Source: Candidatus Saccharimonadota bacterium (GTDB lineage Bacteria; Bacteroidota; Bacteroidia; Cytophagales; Amoebophilaceae). Taken from it: DNA of 32,000 nucleotides. The notes below the pieces were generated by a model that did not search any database, was not told where the DNA came from, and was given only the letters and a program-made list of their open reading frames with translations. The stretch covers positions 480,001 to 512,000 of the forward strand of contig NZ_OW441264.1 of the NCBI RefSeq assembly GCF_936981045.1, given 5' to 3'. The translations under genes were made by a program, and so were the position numbers. Positions 19,801 to 28,386 of this stretch are shown in pieces. Each line of letters begins with the position of its first letter. Position 1 is the stretch's first letter.

Positions 19801-20562
19801 ATGCGTTATTTCATATATATATCCTATTTTGGTAAAGCCTATAGTGGCTGGCAGATTCAAAAAAATGCAGTTTCTGTGCAACAAGTGGTAGAAGAGGCAC
19901 TTGGTAAGCTGTTATCCACATCGATTGCTATTTCAGGCAGCAGTCGAACGGATAAAGGGGTACATGCAGCGCAACAGGTGGCCCATTTTGATCTAATAAC
20001 GCCTATAGATCCTGCGCATTTGACCTATAGGCTTAATAGGATTTTGCCATCTGATATCAGTATTACTGCTATTCGTCCAGTAGTAGAGGGTGCACATGCG
20101 CGTTTTGATGCATGCTATCGTAGATATGCCTATACTATCGTTACGCAAAAAGATCCTTTTTATAGAGACAAGTCAGTTTGGATGCGCTGCGTTCCACCAC
20201 TTCCCTTATTGAACCAGATTTCAGCTTTGTTTTCTATACAAGCTGATTTCGAATTTTTTAGTAAAATAACCGATTCAACAAGGCATTTTGTCTGTAAGGT
20301 AGAGGAAGCTTCTTGGTTGCAGATGGATCACAAACTTGTTTTTTACATACAAGCGGATCGTTTTTTACGGGGTATGGTTCGGACTATTGTACGTACGATA
20401 TTGGCAGTAGCCACTGGTAAAATGGATCTAGCCACATTGGTGCAACTCATTAGGCAAAAACCTAGGGTCCGTCCCATGCTGACCTTAATGCCACCGCATG
20501 GATTAACATTGGTGGAAATAGGTTATCCAGAAACTTTATTTATACAAGAAAATGCATCATAA
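19801..20562 (+). CDS. truA: tRNA pseudouridine(38-40) synthase
   Basis: 253 aa; ISYFGKAYSGWQIQ ... GSSRTDKGVHAAQQVAHFD catalytic Asp motif. Confidence 0.93.
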   Translation: MRYFIYISYFGKAYSGWQIQKNAVSVQQVVEEALGKLLSTSIAISGSSRTDKGVHAAQQVAHFDLITPIDPAHLTYRLNRILPSDISITAIRPVVEGAHARFDACYRRYAYTIVTQKDPFYRDKSVWMRCVPPLPLLNQISALFSIQADFEFFSKITDSTRHFVCKVEEASWLQMDHKLVFYIQADRFLRGMVRTIVRTILAVATGKMDLATLVQLIRQKPRVRPMLTLMPPHGLTLVEIGYPETLFIQENAS

Positions 20563-21907
20563 CCAAGATCCTATTGTTGCACTAGCTACGCCACAAGGCG
20601 TCAGCGCTATTGCAGTAGTGCGCCTATCTGGAAAGGGTGTTATTGGCATCGTCAACCAGCTATTTTGTGGAAGTGACTTGACCCAACAAGCCTCCCATAC
20701 GATTCATTTTGGCGTCATAAAAAAGGGTGATACTAAAATTGATGAAGTACTGGTTTCCATTTTTATTGCGCCTCACTCCTTTACTAAGGAAGACTCAGTA
20801 GAAATTTCTTGCCATGGTACGCCTTTTATTGTTGCACAATTGATACAACTGTTTGTAGAACAAGGTGTGCGCATCGCTGAGCCGGGTGAATTTACCAAAA
20901 GGGCTTTTTTAAATGGTCGATTTGACTTAGCTCAAGCAGAGGCGGTAGCCGATTTGATTGCAGCCGATAGTACGCTGGCCCATCAAACGGCTCTTAGTCA
21001 AATGCGTGGTGGCTTTTCTTCAGAATTACAAACGTTGCGTAAAGCATTATGCCATTTTGCAGCAATGTTAGCCCTAGAACTGGATTTTGCCGAGGAAGAT
21101 GTCGCCTTCTTAGACAGAAAAGATTTAAAAACATTGGCTGATAAGCTGATTAAAACCTTAACGTTGTTGATAGATAGCTTTCAACTAGGCAATGCCATTA
21201 AACAGGGTGTTTCTGTCGTGATTGTGGGCAAGCCCAATGTAGGCAAATCAACCTTATTGAATGTGTTATTACAAGAAGAACGGGCGATTGTTTCGCCTAT
21301 AGCAGGTACTACGCGTGATACTATTGAGGGAACGTTACACTTAGGGGGTATACGATTTAGGTTTGTGGATACAGCGGGCTTACGAGAAACGACTTCGGAT
21401 GCCATAGAAGCAATAGGTATTGAACGGACCAAACAGCAATTAAGCAAAGCTTTTATAGTACTCTATTTGGTTGATCTATCCCATATGACCTTTAGACAAG
21501 CAGAGGCAGATTTGGTTGCATTAGGGGGGGGGGCTCTACTTAAAATTGGCAATAAAATGGATCTTGCGCCACCTGATGCGTTAGAAAAATTTAAAGATTA
21601 TTTGTGCATTGCTGCACAAACCGGTAGGGGTATAGCGCAGCTTAAGGATAAGCTTTTGCAACTTGTAGAGCAAAAACCTACCGATGGGCCAGCTACTATT
21701 GTGATCAATGCACGACATTACGATCGGTTACAAAAAAGTAAGCAAGCATTGGAAGCTGTGATTATAGGACTCGAACAAAAACGATCCAATGAGTTACTGG
21801 TTGTAGATATAAACCGCGCCCTACATGCGCTGGGTGAAATTACAGGAGAGATCACCACAGAAGAGATACTAGGAGAAATTTTCTCTAAGTTTTGCATTGG
21901 AAAATAA
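20552..21907 (+). CDS. mnmE: tRNA modification GTPase MnmE
   Basis: 451 aa. G domain GKPNVGKSTLLN ... DTAG, and the C-terminal FCIGK motif. Overlaps truA by 11 nt. Confidence 0.95.
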   Translation: MHHNQDPIVALATPQGVSAIAVVRLSGKGVIGIVNQLFCGSDLTQQASHTIHFGVIKKGDTKIDEVLVSIFIAPHSFTKEDSVEISCHGTPFIVAQLIQLFVEQGVRIAEPGEFTKRAFLNGRFDLAQAEAVADLIAADSTLAHQTALSQMRGGFSSELQTLRKALCHFAAMLALELDFAEEDVAFLDRKDLKTLADKLIKTLTLLIDSFQLGNAIKQGVSVVIVGKPNVGKSTLLNVLLQEERAIVSPIAGTTRDTIEGTLHLGGIRFRFVDTAGLRETTSDAIEAIGIERTKQQLSKAFIVLYLVDLSHMTFRQAEADLVALGGGALLKIGNKMDLAPPDALEKFKDYLCIAAQTGRGIAQLKDKLLQLVEQKPTDGPATIVINARHYDRLQKSKQALEAVIIGLEQKRSNELLVVDINRALHALGEITGEITTEEILGEIFSKFCIGK

Positions 21908-21999
21908 TAGCTTTGGCTTATAACATCGTTGCATTTACTTACATGCATGATCATCTGGCTCTTTTTATATCCTTTGACCGTGTCCATAAATAGTGTATA

Positions 22000-22239
22000 A
22001 CGTGAGTTCGGGATTTATTTGACTGATTTACAACAATTTAATATCAATTATTTAGTTAATATTTGCACCTATTTAACAAGTTTTTATATCTAATTTTATA
22101 AATATAATATATATAATAAACTGATTATCAGAATTATTTGTTATTCAACTACCTATTTAACTGTCTATAAAACAAATTTTATAAATTTTTATTAATATTG
22201 ATTATCAAATGAAAAAATAATCTAATCCCGAACTCACGT
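22000..22239 (-). mobile_element. 240-bp MITE, copy M7 (chimeric flanks)
   Basis: 16-bp TIRs. The right flank is IS256 coding sequence, and the left flank is unrelated. No true TSD. Confidence 0.9.
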
Positions 22240-23606
22240 ATATAATGTTTTAAAAACAGCTAGATCGTTAGGGAACACTTTTTTATTTTTGGTAACTCTA
22301 CGAAATTGGCTATTTACAGATTCCAAACATTTGTTGTGTAAATGACCTTACGTATGGCATTAGGGTACTGTAAAAATACCATCAGATTATCCCAGTTAGC
22401 ATACCAAGATTGGGCTATTTGTGGGTATTGTTGATTCCACTTAGTAGCAAAAGCTTCTAAGGCCATCAATGCTTCTTGCTCGGTAACTGCTGTATAAATT
22501 GGTTTTAAATCAGCAACTAATACCTTTCTATGTTTATAAGAAACATACTGCAAACTACCCCTAATTGCATGAACAATACAGAGCTGATGTTCCGTTTTTG
22601 GGTATACAGCAGCAATGGCCTCAGACATGCCTGACAAATTATCTGTACATGCAATGAGCATATCGTTCATACCCCGATTTTTGAGTTCTGTTAAATTGCC
22701 TAACCAAAATTTAGCCCCTTCATTTTCACTCATCCAAAGCCCTAAAACATCCTTTATGCCAGATCTATCTATACACGTGAGTTCGGGATTAGATTATTTT
22801 TTCATTTGATAATCAATATTAATAAAAATTTATAAAATTTGTTTTATTAGACAGTTAAATAGGTAGTTGAATAACAAATAATTCTGATAATCAGTTTATT
22901 ATATATATTATATTTATAAAATTAGATATAAAAACTTGTTAAATAGGTGCAAATATTAACTAAATAATTGATATTAAATTGTTGTAAATCAGTCAAATAA
23001 ATCCCGAACTCACGTTATACCTAAAGCGACATAGACTGCCTTGTTGATGATGCGCTTATCTTGTCTAACTTTAACTACAAAGCAATCAAAAAAAACAATA
23101 GGATAGACTGATTCTAAGGGACGATTTTGCCATATCTTAACATATTCAATAACAGAGTCTGTGATGTTACTTATCAGGCTTTCACTTACTTCTGCGCCAT
23201 ATAATTCCTGTATTTGAATCTGAATATCTGACAGACTCATACCTTTAGCATGTAAAGATAAGATCTTATCATCCAAACTAGGAATTCTTGTTTGACGATT
23301 AGGCAATAAAATAGGTTCAAAAGTCGATGCTCTATCTCTGGGTACTTCAACCGATATAACGCCATTATCAGTAATAACTTGCTTACTGGATAATCTATTA
23401 CGTACATTCTCTGAATCACTACGTGCATACTTATTATAACCTAAATGGTCATCCATTTCTGACTGTAATGCTTTTTCTACAAGACGCTTACTTAATTGTT
23501 TGAGTAAGCCGTCTTGATCAAAAAGTCTGGAAAGGTCTACACCTGATTCTATCAGTACATCTATGGCCTTGCTTATCCCATCTTTAACTGTCTCTTTTCT
23601 TTTCAT
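22240..23606 (-). pseudogene. IS256-family transposase, split by a MITE, frameshifted and 3'-truncated
   Basis: N-terminal part at 23606-23016 (..VYVALGI). MITE M8. Then continuation at 22774 onward (DRSGIKDVLGLWMSENEGAKFW..). A frameshift near 22330 precedes ..ESVNSQFRRVTKNKKVFPNDLAVFKTLY, which ends at the M7 junction. Confidence 0.88.
22775..23015 (+). mobile_element. 241-bp MITE, copy M8
   Basis: 16-bp TIRs. 5-bp TSD TATAC (22770-22774 and 23016-23020). Inserted within the IS256 transposase codons for ..GI|DR.. Confidence 0.92.
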
Positions 23607-23817
23607 TGTTTTAAGTGTTATGATTTAGGTAAAGATAAATCCTAAAAAATATTTACACACTTAAAACAAAAGATCCGGAGAAAAAGCCTGAATTATTTCA
23701 TACTAATTCTTGCCACTACACTTTGGGACTAAACATCTAAGTAAATAGTATACGGTTTTTATTGATTAACAGGTATCTATATCACACTTTTTAATCCAGC
23801 CAAAAATAACATACAGA

Positions 23818-25110
23818 TTATCTTTCTGCTTGATCCGCTCTATCTATGAGTTGTTGATCTAACACCTTACTAGTACGTGCACCTAATAGTTTCATTTTTT
23901 GCGCCCTAGATACCAAACTTCCCCTACCATCATATAGTTTTTTAGTGGCCTCTAAGTAGTTTTTTTGTGTTAAATCCAATTGGCGACCTATATTTTTAAT
24001 ATCTTTTACGAAGGTAACAAATTTGTCATATAAGGCACCGCCTTGTGTAGCAATTTCTAAGGTATTTTGATTTTGATGGGCTTGCCGCCATAAATTTGCA
24101 ATGGTTCGTAGGGTCGCTATTAGATTTGAGGGGGATACGATCACAATATTGCGTTCATAGGCTTCGTTAAAGAGCATTACTTCTTCTTGAACAGCTAGTG
24201 CAAAGGCTGGTTCAATCGGTATAAACATTAAGACAAAGTCCAAACCTTGAAGGTTATAGAGCGATTGGTAACGCTTCTCACTTAGTGTTTTAATATGACG
24301 TCTAATAGAGTGCACATGTTGCTTCAGGTGAAAAGCCCGTTGAATCGCATGCTCACTATTAAAAAATTGCTCATAGTGACTTAAAGATACCTTGGCATCA
24401 ATCACAATATTGCGGCCTTCTGGAAGATTAAGGATTACATCTGGCTGCAATCTTTGTCCATCTTCTGTTGTAATAGAGGTTTGTATGACATATTCTCTAT
24501 TTTTAACGAGTCCAGATTGCGCTAGAATATTTTCTAAAATAAACTCACCCCATCCTCCTTGTAATTTTGAATCACCTTTAAGTGCTTTGGTCAGACCTTC
24601 CGCCTCTTGCGTGATTTTTAGGTTGAGGTCATGCAGTTGTTTTAATTCTGTCCGTAAAGCTACATTTCTTTCCAAACTTTCTTGGTTATACTGCGTTACT
24701 TGTTGCGAAAAGGTCTTAATTTTGTCGCTGAGTGGAGTGAGCAACCGTTCCATTTGGAGTTGGTTATGGTCTGAAAACTTTTTACTTTTTTCTTCTAATA
24801 GTTCATTGGCTAAGTTTTTAAAATGGATGGTGAGTTGGCTTTGGAGCTGTTCAACAGATTGTCCTTGTTCGGCTATTTTTTTTTCTAAGTAGCTGTTATG
24901 TGCCAGTGCAGTTGCCAATTCTTTACCGAGTTGTAGATGTTGCGCCTGTAATGTCTGAGATTGATGTTGGCTCTCTGATAAATGTTGTTCTAGATGGGCA
25001 ACCCTATTTTGTAGGGTGGAAATCGGTACTTTGTGCAGGATTTTGGTTACCAACCATCCAATGATCAAGCCAATCAGCCATGTAATGATAAAATAGATTA
25101 TAAAGGGCAT
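23818..25110 (-). CDS. rmuC: DNA recombination protein RmuC
   Basis: 430 aa. N-terminal TM helix, a long coiled-coil region, and an RmuC nuclease-like C-terminal domain (WGEFILENIL ... DFVLMFIPIEPAF). Confidence 0.9.
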   Translation of the reverse strand: MPFIIYFIITWLIGLIIGWLVTKILHKVPISTLQNRVAHLEQHLSESQHQSQTLQAQHLQLGKELATALAHNSYLEKKIAEQGQSVEQLQSQLTIHFKNLANELLEEKSKKFSDHNQLQMERLLTPLSDKIKTFSQQVTQYNQESLERNVALRTELKQLHDLNLKITQEAEGLTKALKGDSKLQGGWGEFILENILAQSGLVKNREYVIQTSITTEDGQRLQPDVILNLPEGRNIVIDAKVSLSHYEQFFNSEHAIQRAFHLKQHVHSIRRHIKTLSEKRYQSLYNLQGLDFVLMFIPIEPAFALAVQEEVMLFNEAYERNIVIVSPSNLIATLRTIANLWRQAHQNQNTLEIATQGGALYDKFVTFVKDIKNIGRQLDLTQKNYLEATKKLYDGRGSLVSRAQKMKLLGARTSKVLDQQLIDRADQAER

Positions 25111-25139
25111 CGTAAAGCAAATAAGGTATTATATCTTTT

Positions 25140-25416
25140 TTTTTGCTTGATTAAAAACTCAACCAAAAATCAAGCGCTGTGTAAAAAGTGCTGAAAGCGT
25201 ATGCTTAAAGTTGGAAAATCAGCATCCGTCCCGTGGCCCCATTGAACTGATTTTCTATACATCTTTAAGGGTAGACTTTCTAATCGTAACCTTGTACAAA
25301 GGGGAATTTTGTACCATAGGCCCAGTAAACAGCATAATTTCTGAATAAATAATTTTATTTTCAATAGGTTATCGCCTGCAGTAACCACTAATCATTGCCT
25401 TAAGTTGATGCTATGG
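25140..25416. repeat. Unclassified intergenic repeat, copy R-c, ending in a degenerate IS4-like terminal repeat
   Basis: Aligns with R-a, R-b and R-d (see those features). CCTTAAGTTGATGCTATGG at 25398-25416 resembles the IS4 IR CCCTTAAGTTGACGCCATTG. Confidence 0.55.
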
Positions 25417-25468
25417 GCTGTTCAGGTCAGTGGTAAAAATAGCATATAAATAGCTTACTACCTTTTTA

Positions 25469-26329
25469 TTATACCAACATTTTCAAGAGTAGGGTAAGGG
25501 TCTCTTTTAACTTGCGTCTATCTACAATTATATCCAAAAAGCCATGTGCCAATAAGAATTCTGCAGTTTGAAAGCCTTTGGGTAATGCTTTGCCCACGGT
25601 TTCTCGAATAACACGTGGACCTGCAAAACCAATCAGTGCACCTGGTTCAGCCATATTGATATCACCTAGCATCGCATAAGAGGCGCTTACACCACCTGTA
25701 GTGGGGTCGGTTAGCAGCGAAATATAAGGAATTTTAGCTTGCGCTAATTGCAATAATTTGGCAGATGTTTTTGCCATTTGCATTAGTGAAAAACTACCTT
25801 CCATCATGCGTGCACCGCCAGACTTGGAGATAATCAATAACGGGGTTTGATGGGCCAAACAATGGTTGACCAATTGTGCTATTTTTTCGCCTACTACACT
25901 ACCCATGGAACCACCAATGAATTTAAAATCCATACAGGCAATGGCAAGTGGTAGGGTATGGATCCTGCCATAAGCCGTTCGTATGGCATCTGTCAAATTG
26001 GTTTGTGCTTCTGCTTGCTTTAGGCGTTCTGTATAAGGCCTGTTGTCTACAAATTTAAGTGGATCTGCAGATCGGAAGGTTGGATTGAGTTCTATAAAGC
26101 TGTTCTCATCAAACAAAATGGTAAAATATTCCTTGGAACCAATCGGTAAGTGATAGCCATCATCAGGTACCACCTGTAAATTTTCTTGTAATACTTTGCT
26201 GTGTATAATTTTTCCTTTAGGGGTTTTAACCCAAAGACCATCGGGTGACTCTTTTTTGGCAGAACTGGGGGTTAAGATGCCTTTCTTTTTTCGCTTAAAC
26301 CAGCTTAGGTTGTCGTTTATTAAACTCAT
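25469..26329 (-). CDS. accD: Acetyl-CoA carboxylase carboxyltransferase subunit beta
   Basis: 286 aa. Carboxyltransferase region [13 protein letters not shown] ... SGGARMMEG ... [10 protein letters not shown]. Confidence 0.93.
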   Translation of the reverse strand: MSLINDNLSWFKRKKKGILTPSSAKKESPDGLWVKTPKGKIIHSKVLQENLQVVPDDGYHLPIGSKEYFTILFDENSFIELNPTFRSADPLKFVDNRPYTERLKQAEAQTNLTDAIRTAYGRIHTLPLAIACMDFKFIGGSMGSVVGEKIAQLVNHCLAHQTPLLIISKSGGARMMEGSFSLMQMAKTSAKLLQLAQAKIPYISLLTDPTTGGVSASYAMLGDINMAEPGALIGFAGPRVIRETVGKALPKGFQTAEFLLAHGFLDIIVDRRKLKETLTLLLKMLV

Positions 26330-26516
26330 AAGATCACGTAATAGGTAATGATTGCAGCCTATTGTAATGGCCTCCTTTTTCTAGATGAAAGGAAAAACCA
26401 TACTAAAGTAGATCAGCAATATCAAGTTATAAACTTTGCAATAGGCTTGAATGATAAACCAACCATACTGCTACCCATAAGATACGGTTTTTATCAAAAA
26501 AACTATGGTTAAAGTT

Positions 26517-28040
26517 TTATGGGTTTTCTGGACGCATTTGTGGAAAAAATATAACATCTTGGATAGAGTTTGAGTTGGTCATGATCATCGTTAGTCGATC
26601 TATGCCTATGCCAATACCTACGGTTGGGGGCATGCCATACCGTAAGGCTTTTAAGAAATCATGATCTACCACCATAGCCTCTTTATCGCCATGTGTTCCT
26701 AATGTGCGTTGTTCCTCTAATCTTTGCTGTTGATCAATTGGATCATTTAACTCGGAGAATGCATTGCAGATTTCTTTACCGGCACATATCACCTCAAATC
26801 GTTCGGTTAAAGCTGGATTGTCTCGATGCCGTTTGGCTAAAGGAGACATTTCAACAGGATAGTCCATTATGATAGTAGGCTGAATAAGATGCGGTTCACA
26901 CTTTTCTCCAAAAATTTCATCTATAATTTTATCTTTGCTTAGGTTATCTGCTACATGGACGTGGAGTTGATAGGCCACTGTGCGCAATGCAGCCTCATCC
27001 ATATTGCTTACATCATATCCTGTAAAATGGTGAATGGCTTCAAACATTGTAAACCGTTTCCATGGCCGTTGAAAGTTGATCAGGTGGGCACCAAATGGAA
27101 CCGTTGTCCTACCATGTAGGGCTAGTGCTACCCCTTCTACCAATTCTTCTACGTAGTCCATCATCCAAATGTAATCTTTGTAGGCAACATAAAGCTCTAC
27201 TTGCGTAAATTCTGGATTATGAAAACGGGACATCCCTTCGTTTCTAAAATCTTTGGCAAATTCATATACGCCATCATAGCCGCCTATAATTAATCTTTTT
27301 AAATAGAGTTCATTGGAAATACGTAAATATAAAGGTATGTCTAGGGTATGGTGGTGGGTGGTAAAAGGGAGTGCAGATGCGCCGCCATAAATGGGTTGTA
27401 GAATAGGGGTCTCTACTTCTAGATATCCTTCACAATGTAAGAAGGCTTTAATGGTATGAATCAACTTGGCCCGTTGCTCAAATACCTTTCGTACCTCTGG
27501 ATTAACTATTAAATCGACATACCTTTGACGATACCGTTGCGCTGGATCTGTAAAGGCATCATAAATTTGTCTCCCCTCTTTAGTGGTTATCTCTTTGACA
27601 ATCGGTAGGGGGGTAAGTGCTTTGGTTAATAAGCGAAGATGGGTAACGTGTACTGCTATAGCACCTACTTGAGTGGTAAATACAAAGCCTTTCACTTCAA
27701 TGATATCACCTATATCTAGTAATTTCTTAAATAAAGTATTATAATGGCTTTTATCCTCCCCTGAACAAATAGCATCTCGTTGCACATAGAGTTGAATGCG
27801 TCCACTTGAATCTTGTAATTCTACAAAGGAGGCTGCCCCTATAATTCTGCGGCTCATAATGCGGCCTGCCAGTACTACATGGCTATAGCTTGCTTTATCT
27901 TCTTCTTTGTAGTGGGCAAGGATCGTTGCTGCTTTAGCATTGATGGGCGCAACAAAGGCTGGATAGGGGTTGATCCCCATCGATTCTAAAAGGGCTTTTT
28001 TCTGCGTTCGAATGATGGCTTGTTCACTCAGCTCCTGCAT
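26517..28040 (-). CDS. lysS: Lysine--tRNA ligase (class II)
   Basis: 507 aa. OB-fold anticodon-binding N-terminal domain. Class II motifs (RYRQRYVDLI, FLEVETP-like YLEVETPIL, FRNEG, GIGIDRL). Confidence 0.96.
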   Translation of the reverse strand: MQELSEQAIIRTQKKALLESMGINPYPAFVAPINAKAATILAHYKEEDKASYSHVVLAGRIMSRRIIGAASFVELQDSSGRIQLYVQRDAICSGEDKSHYNTLFKKLLDIGDIIEVKGFVFTTQVGAIAVHVTHLRLLTKALTPLPIVKEITTKEGRQIYDAFTDPAQRYRQRYVDLIVNPEVRKVFEQRAKLIHTIKAFLHCEGYLEVETPILQPIYGGASALPFTTHHHTLDIPLYLRISNELYLKRLIIGGYDGVYEFAKDFRNEGMSRFHNPEFTQVELYVAYKDYIWMMDYVEELVEGVALALHGRTTVPFGAHLINFQRPWKRFTMFEAIHHFTGYDVSNMDEAALRTVAYQLHVHVADNLSKDKIIDEIFGEKCEPHLIQPTIIMDYPVEMSPLAKRHRDNPALTERFEVICAGKEICNAFSELNDPIDQQQRLEEQRTLGTHGDKEAMVVDHDFLKALRYGMPPTVGIGIGIDRLTMIMTNSNSIQDVIFFPQMRPENP

Positions 28041-28251
28041 GGCTTTGGTATGGTTATAACTAATATTAATAATGTATGGCCATGGATAGGCAGCAGCAAC
28101 CTGTGGGTACGCCGATAATGGCTATCCATAGCGCCTCGCTTAATTTACACTTTATTTCTATAATTCTTATTAGGGGCTTTACTATTTTTACATGTATTGG
28201 ATTGAAGTCCCTAAAGGGTGGCGCATTTTTTATTTGGGTTACTACTTTGTA

Positions 28252-28386
28252 ACGTGAGTTCGGGATTAGATTATTTTTTCATTTGATAATCAATATCAAT
28301 GAAAATTTATAAAATTTGTTTTATTAGACAGTTAAATAGGTAGTTGAATAACAAATAATTCTGGTAATCAGTTTATTATATATATT
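28252..28386 (+). mobile_element. MITE, copy M9, left half only (truncated by IS5 copy 2)
   Basis: Begins with the TIR ACGTGAGTTCGGGATTAGATT and follows the MITE consensus for 135 bp, up to the IS5 terminus. Confidence 0.88.

Larger units (their letters stand above)
22240..23672 (-). mobile_element. IS256-family element lacking its 3' end (left boundary approximate)
   Basis: Carries a Mutator/IS256-type transposase. Terminus ..AATATTTACACACTTAA at 23647-23665. The 3' side ends abruptly at MITE M7. Confidence 0.8.

Noticed and set aside
10970-21999. An ~11-kb inversion between the inverted MITE copies M4 and M7, suggested because the two halves of one IS256::MITE junction lie at these two sites.
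   Set aside because: IS4 copy B keeps both ends and its 9-bp TSD (CTTGAACAG) in place and is internally colinear. Re-inverting the segment does not restore a TSD at the other junction. A local deletion between direct MITE copies, plus a second separately rearranged IS256::MITE copy, is more parsimonious.
23748-23760. 13-mer ATACGGTTTTTAT shared downstream of rmuC (23748) and lysS (26480), considered as a possible common terminator motif.
   Set aside because: A single 13-nt match in 32 kb of AT-rich sequence is within chance expectation. Neither site has a convincing stem-loop.
24392-24892. 166-aa ORF on the + strand.
   Set aside because: It lies antisense within rmuC, is Ser/Cys/Leu-rich, and has no motifs.
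25170-25388. 72-aa ORF on the - strand. A similar 25-codon ORF at 3551-3628 overlaps the ABC start.
   Set aside because: Both lie in copies of the R repeat, and the shared peptide-like similarity (KIKLFI..LCCLL) only reflects nucleotide repeat homology. The ORF is not maintained over the same extent in the other copies.
1172-28386. Regularly recurring ~240-bp repeats that could superficially suggest a CRISPR-like or tandem array.
   Set aside because: The repeats are 240 bp long and irregularly spaced, from 0.5 kb to more than 5 kb apart. They occur in both orientations, have TIRs and TSDs, and no cas genes are present. They are MITEs.
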